Under the pieces are notes generated by a model that worked only from the letters and a program-made list of their open reading frames with translations, was not told the origin of the DNA and did no database searches. A program made the translations under genes and the position numbers. From NCBI GenBank assembly GCA_038087875.1, contig CM075988.1:10108001-10172000 (forward strand): a stretch of 64,000 nucleotides of DNA, read 5' to 3'. The stretch comes from Malacoraja senta (taxonomy: Eukaryota). Positions 61,261 to 64,000 of this stretch are shown piece by piece (the first letter of the stretch is position 1; every line of letters begins with the position of its first letter).

Positions 61261-62110
61261 TTTGTCTGTTTCCTTGATGACTTTAGCTTATGCCTCTTTA
61301 CAGTGGCATATGGTAAATAGACATTGTGTGTAGGAAGGAACTGGTCTACACCAAAGATAGACACAAAATGTTGGAGGAATTCAGCGGGACAGGTAGCATC
61401 TCTGGATAGAAGGAATGGGTGGTGTTTCGAGTTGAGACCCTTCTTTAGACTCAGTCATGGGAGAGGGAGACACAGAGATAAGGGAGTGTAAGGTGTGAAA
61501 ACGAGACATCAAACGAGAAATAGACATAGACCTGATTGTCCATCTTGAGGACAATATGTGCTGTGAGCTTTCCCAAACATTTTACTATGTGAACAGTTCT
61601 GATCTTTGAAACTGTAACAGTTTCAAACTTAAGTACAAGAGATCTGACCTACATGAAGCAGCGGAGGAAAGAAAGATAATGGTCATTAATTTCACATTTG
61701 GTGCTTTCTAGTTAAAGCTCTTGCTACTGATTAAACTGAATGACTCTCTAACCCCCTGCTGAGGGAGAGGAAATGAACAAAGCTAATTCAAAGTGAGAGC
61801 GCTCCTAATTTCATATATATTAAACAGCAGCAGGTGGGTATCTGACTTCATCATCAACCAATTAAGGATAGTTAAAAATCTCATCACAGAAGTCAATGGA
61901 TGAAATCAAGAGTGGAAAGATTCCACAGTGAAAATCAAATGATACAAACAATCCAATGGACAAAATATTAAACAATGCCCGAGTTACCTGCTATACTCTG
62001 TGTTTGAGTCAATTTCTACTTTCTTGGGGTTTGAAATATTTGTGAAAATTTAAATTTACACCTACCCTTTATGAAATACAGCATGAAGTCTAAAGCTATC
62101 ACAGCATTAA

Positions 62111-62419
62111 GGCGCCACGGTGGCGCAGCGGTAGAGTTGCTGACTTGCAGCGCCAGAGACCCGGGTTCGATCCTGACTACAGGTGCTGTTTGTACGGAGT
62201 TTGTATATTCTCCCCATGACCTGCGTGGGTTTTCCCCGAGGTCTCCGGTTTCCTCCCACATGCCAAACACGTACAGGTTTGGAGGTTAATTGGCTTAATA
62301 TAATTGTAAAATTGTCCCGAGTGTGTGTAAGATAGTGTTAATGCTCGGGATCGCTGGTTGGCACGGATTTGGTGGACCGAAGGGCCTGTTTCCATGCTGT
62401 ATCTCTAAACTAAACTAAA
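62111..62419 (+). mobile_element. Best-preserved tRNA-derived V-SINE-type SINE
   Basis: Pol III A box TGGCGCAGCGG and B box GGTTCGATCC, central GGTTTCCTCCCACA domain, CR1-derived tail CCGAAGGGCCTGTTTCC and (CTAAA)n. At least a dozen other copies occur in the window. Confidence 0.88.
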
Positions 62420-64000
62420 TGAAACATTCCCCAAACACGTGATTTCATTTATCAACTTCCTTTGTATATGATATTAATGGAGACAAGAGCTTCAGAATTA
62501 TGACAAACATGCTCCTATTTCCATTGAAGTAGTGAAAAGTAATTTGATAACAGTGTGTTAAGTGGTTGTACAATGATATTACACAGAATAATTTCCTGGC
62601 TAATCTATCTGCCCCAGTCTAGCAGCTACCAGGAGCAAATCTTCATCTCCAAGCCTTTGGATTCAGTAAAAGTAATAACGTTCTAATTATATTAATTCAA
62701 AATATTTAATGCCATTGCCTAACATTTGATAATAGTTCCATGATTAATAATGCATTACAAATTAATCTTCACAGCTAAAAAATCGTTTGTCTTGTTTGCA
62801 TCACGTGTCACAGCTTGAAGAGGCTTTGGACTTGGAATTTTAACATTCGGAGTATTCTACCCGAGTAACAGAGTCATGTAGAGGTACAGCATGGAAACAC
62901 ACACCTTGGCCCATTGAGTTCACACTGACCATCAACCACCATTTGCATTGACCCTGCATGAATAAATGTTTTAATAATCTCCTTATGGTCTCAGCAATCT
63001 CCTCCCAGATTCTACCACACGGAAGACAGTGGGAACATAGAACTAGTGTGAAGGGGTGATTGATGGGGCTGAAGGGCCTGTTTTTGTGCTGTATTTTTAA
63101 TTTAATTTAACAACTTATAGTGTCCACTTAATATGCAAAGCCACACACACACGCGGGATGTGGAAGGAAACTGGAGCAGCTGAGGGAAACCCAGGCAGTC
63201 ACAGGAAGAACATACAAATTCCACACAGACAGAACCATGATTAGTATTGAACCAGGGTCTCTGATGCTGTCCCACTGTGCTGCCCTGATGTTTTTGTATT
63301 CACAGTTTTTGCATTAGAAATAAAAAAATCAGTTTCCTATTAAATTATCAACTGATCAATGAAATAAAAAGTTAAAACACATGAAGATTGTCAAATCATT
63401 TGCCATTTGGTCAAGGAATGCCAACCCGTGGACAATTGATTGCGATGACATCCAGTCTATTCCTCACTGAAAAGGGAAGTGATTATCTCGCTACTGTTAA
63501 AATATTATTCAATGTGCGATAGTGCTTCAAGTAGATGTTGCTGGAAGCAGTGGGGTAAATGGTGAAGTACCTCAAAGACGTTTATTTGCATTCCTTGTAA
63601 ATTATTCTGGAAATCAGCATGTACAATACTGAATTTTGGTCTTGAATCGCCTGAGCTGTGGAACTAATGTTGTAAGCTGAGACGAATGCAGATGGATGCC
63701 TGATGTTTTGTGCGGACGTGATGGGCTGAATGGCCTGTTTCCATGGTATATGACTCTGTGGCTCTACATGGTTCTGTATCCTCAACACCAGTCATATATT
63801 TACTTGTATTCATCATGTGACATGTAGCTTAAGTTTGTGTTAAATTTAAAATGTGAAAGATAAAGTGCTGGAAGAGCTCAATGGGTCAGGCAGCATCTGT
63901 GGAGGGGCCCAGCCCAAAAGCGCCATCTGTCCATTCCCTCCACTGATGATAAGATGATAAGTGATAGTAGAATTAGGCCATTCGGCCCATCAAGTCTACT

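Noticed and set aside
62111..62185. tRNA gene
   Set aside because: The A and B boxes belong to a SINE head that continues into the SINE body and CR1-type tail; I could not fold a full cloverleaf.

Overview
This is eukaryotic, repeat-dominated DNA, not prokaryotic. The repeat inventory (V-SINE-type tRNA SINEs with CR1 tails, many CR1 3' ends, Penelope-derived palindromes) suggests a cartilaginous fish such as a skate, ray or shark; that assignment is inference. I found no complete host gene, so the window looks intronic or intergenic, and nearly all short ORFs in the supplied track are noise. Well-supported elements: (1) a full-length, young Gypsy LTR retrotransposon (47505-52225) with ~98% identical LTRs, a GGTCG target-site duplication (TSD), and gag and pol offset by +1; (2) a near-full-length but broken Rex1/Babar LINE (~2811-6056, minus); (3) CR1, L2, L1/Tx1 and Penelope fragments; (4) two non-autonomous Helitrons; (5) several terminal-inverted-repeat (TIR) MITEs. 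The most unusual structures are four: (a) a ~2-kb TIR element (35340-37309) that splits a SINE and carries GC-rich, host-like DNA with a signal-peptide-type exon, a candidate Pack-type gene-capture element; (b) a 1.3-kb two-LTR element (31585-32906) whose interior is an antisense RT fragment plus a ~70-bp fold-back, resembling the intact Gypsy 15 kb away; (c) a family of short palindromic Penelope derivatives with 11-16-bp TSDs and hammerhead-ribozyme core motifs; (d) a non-coding element with the A1...B1-A2-B2 split-direct-repeat layout of Ngaro/PAT-type retroelements (9858-11867). All alignments were done by eye, and boundaries called approximate may be off by tens of bases.
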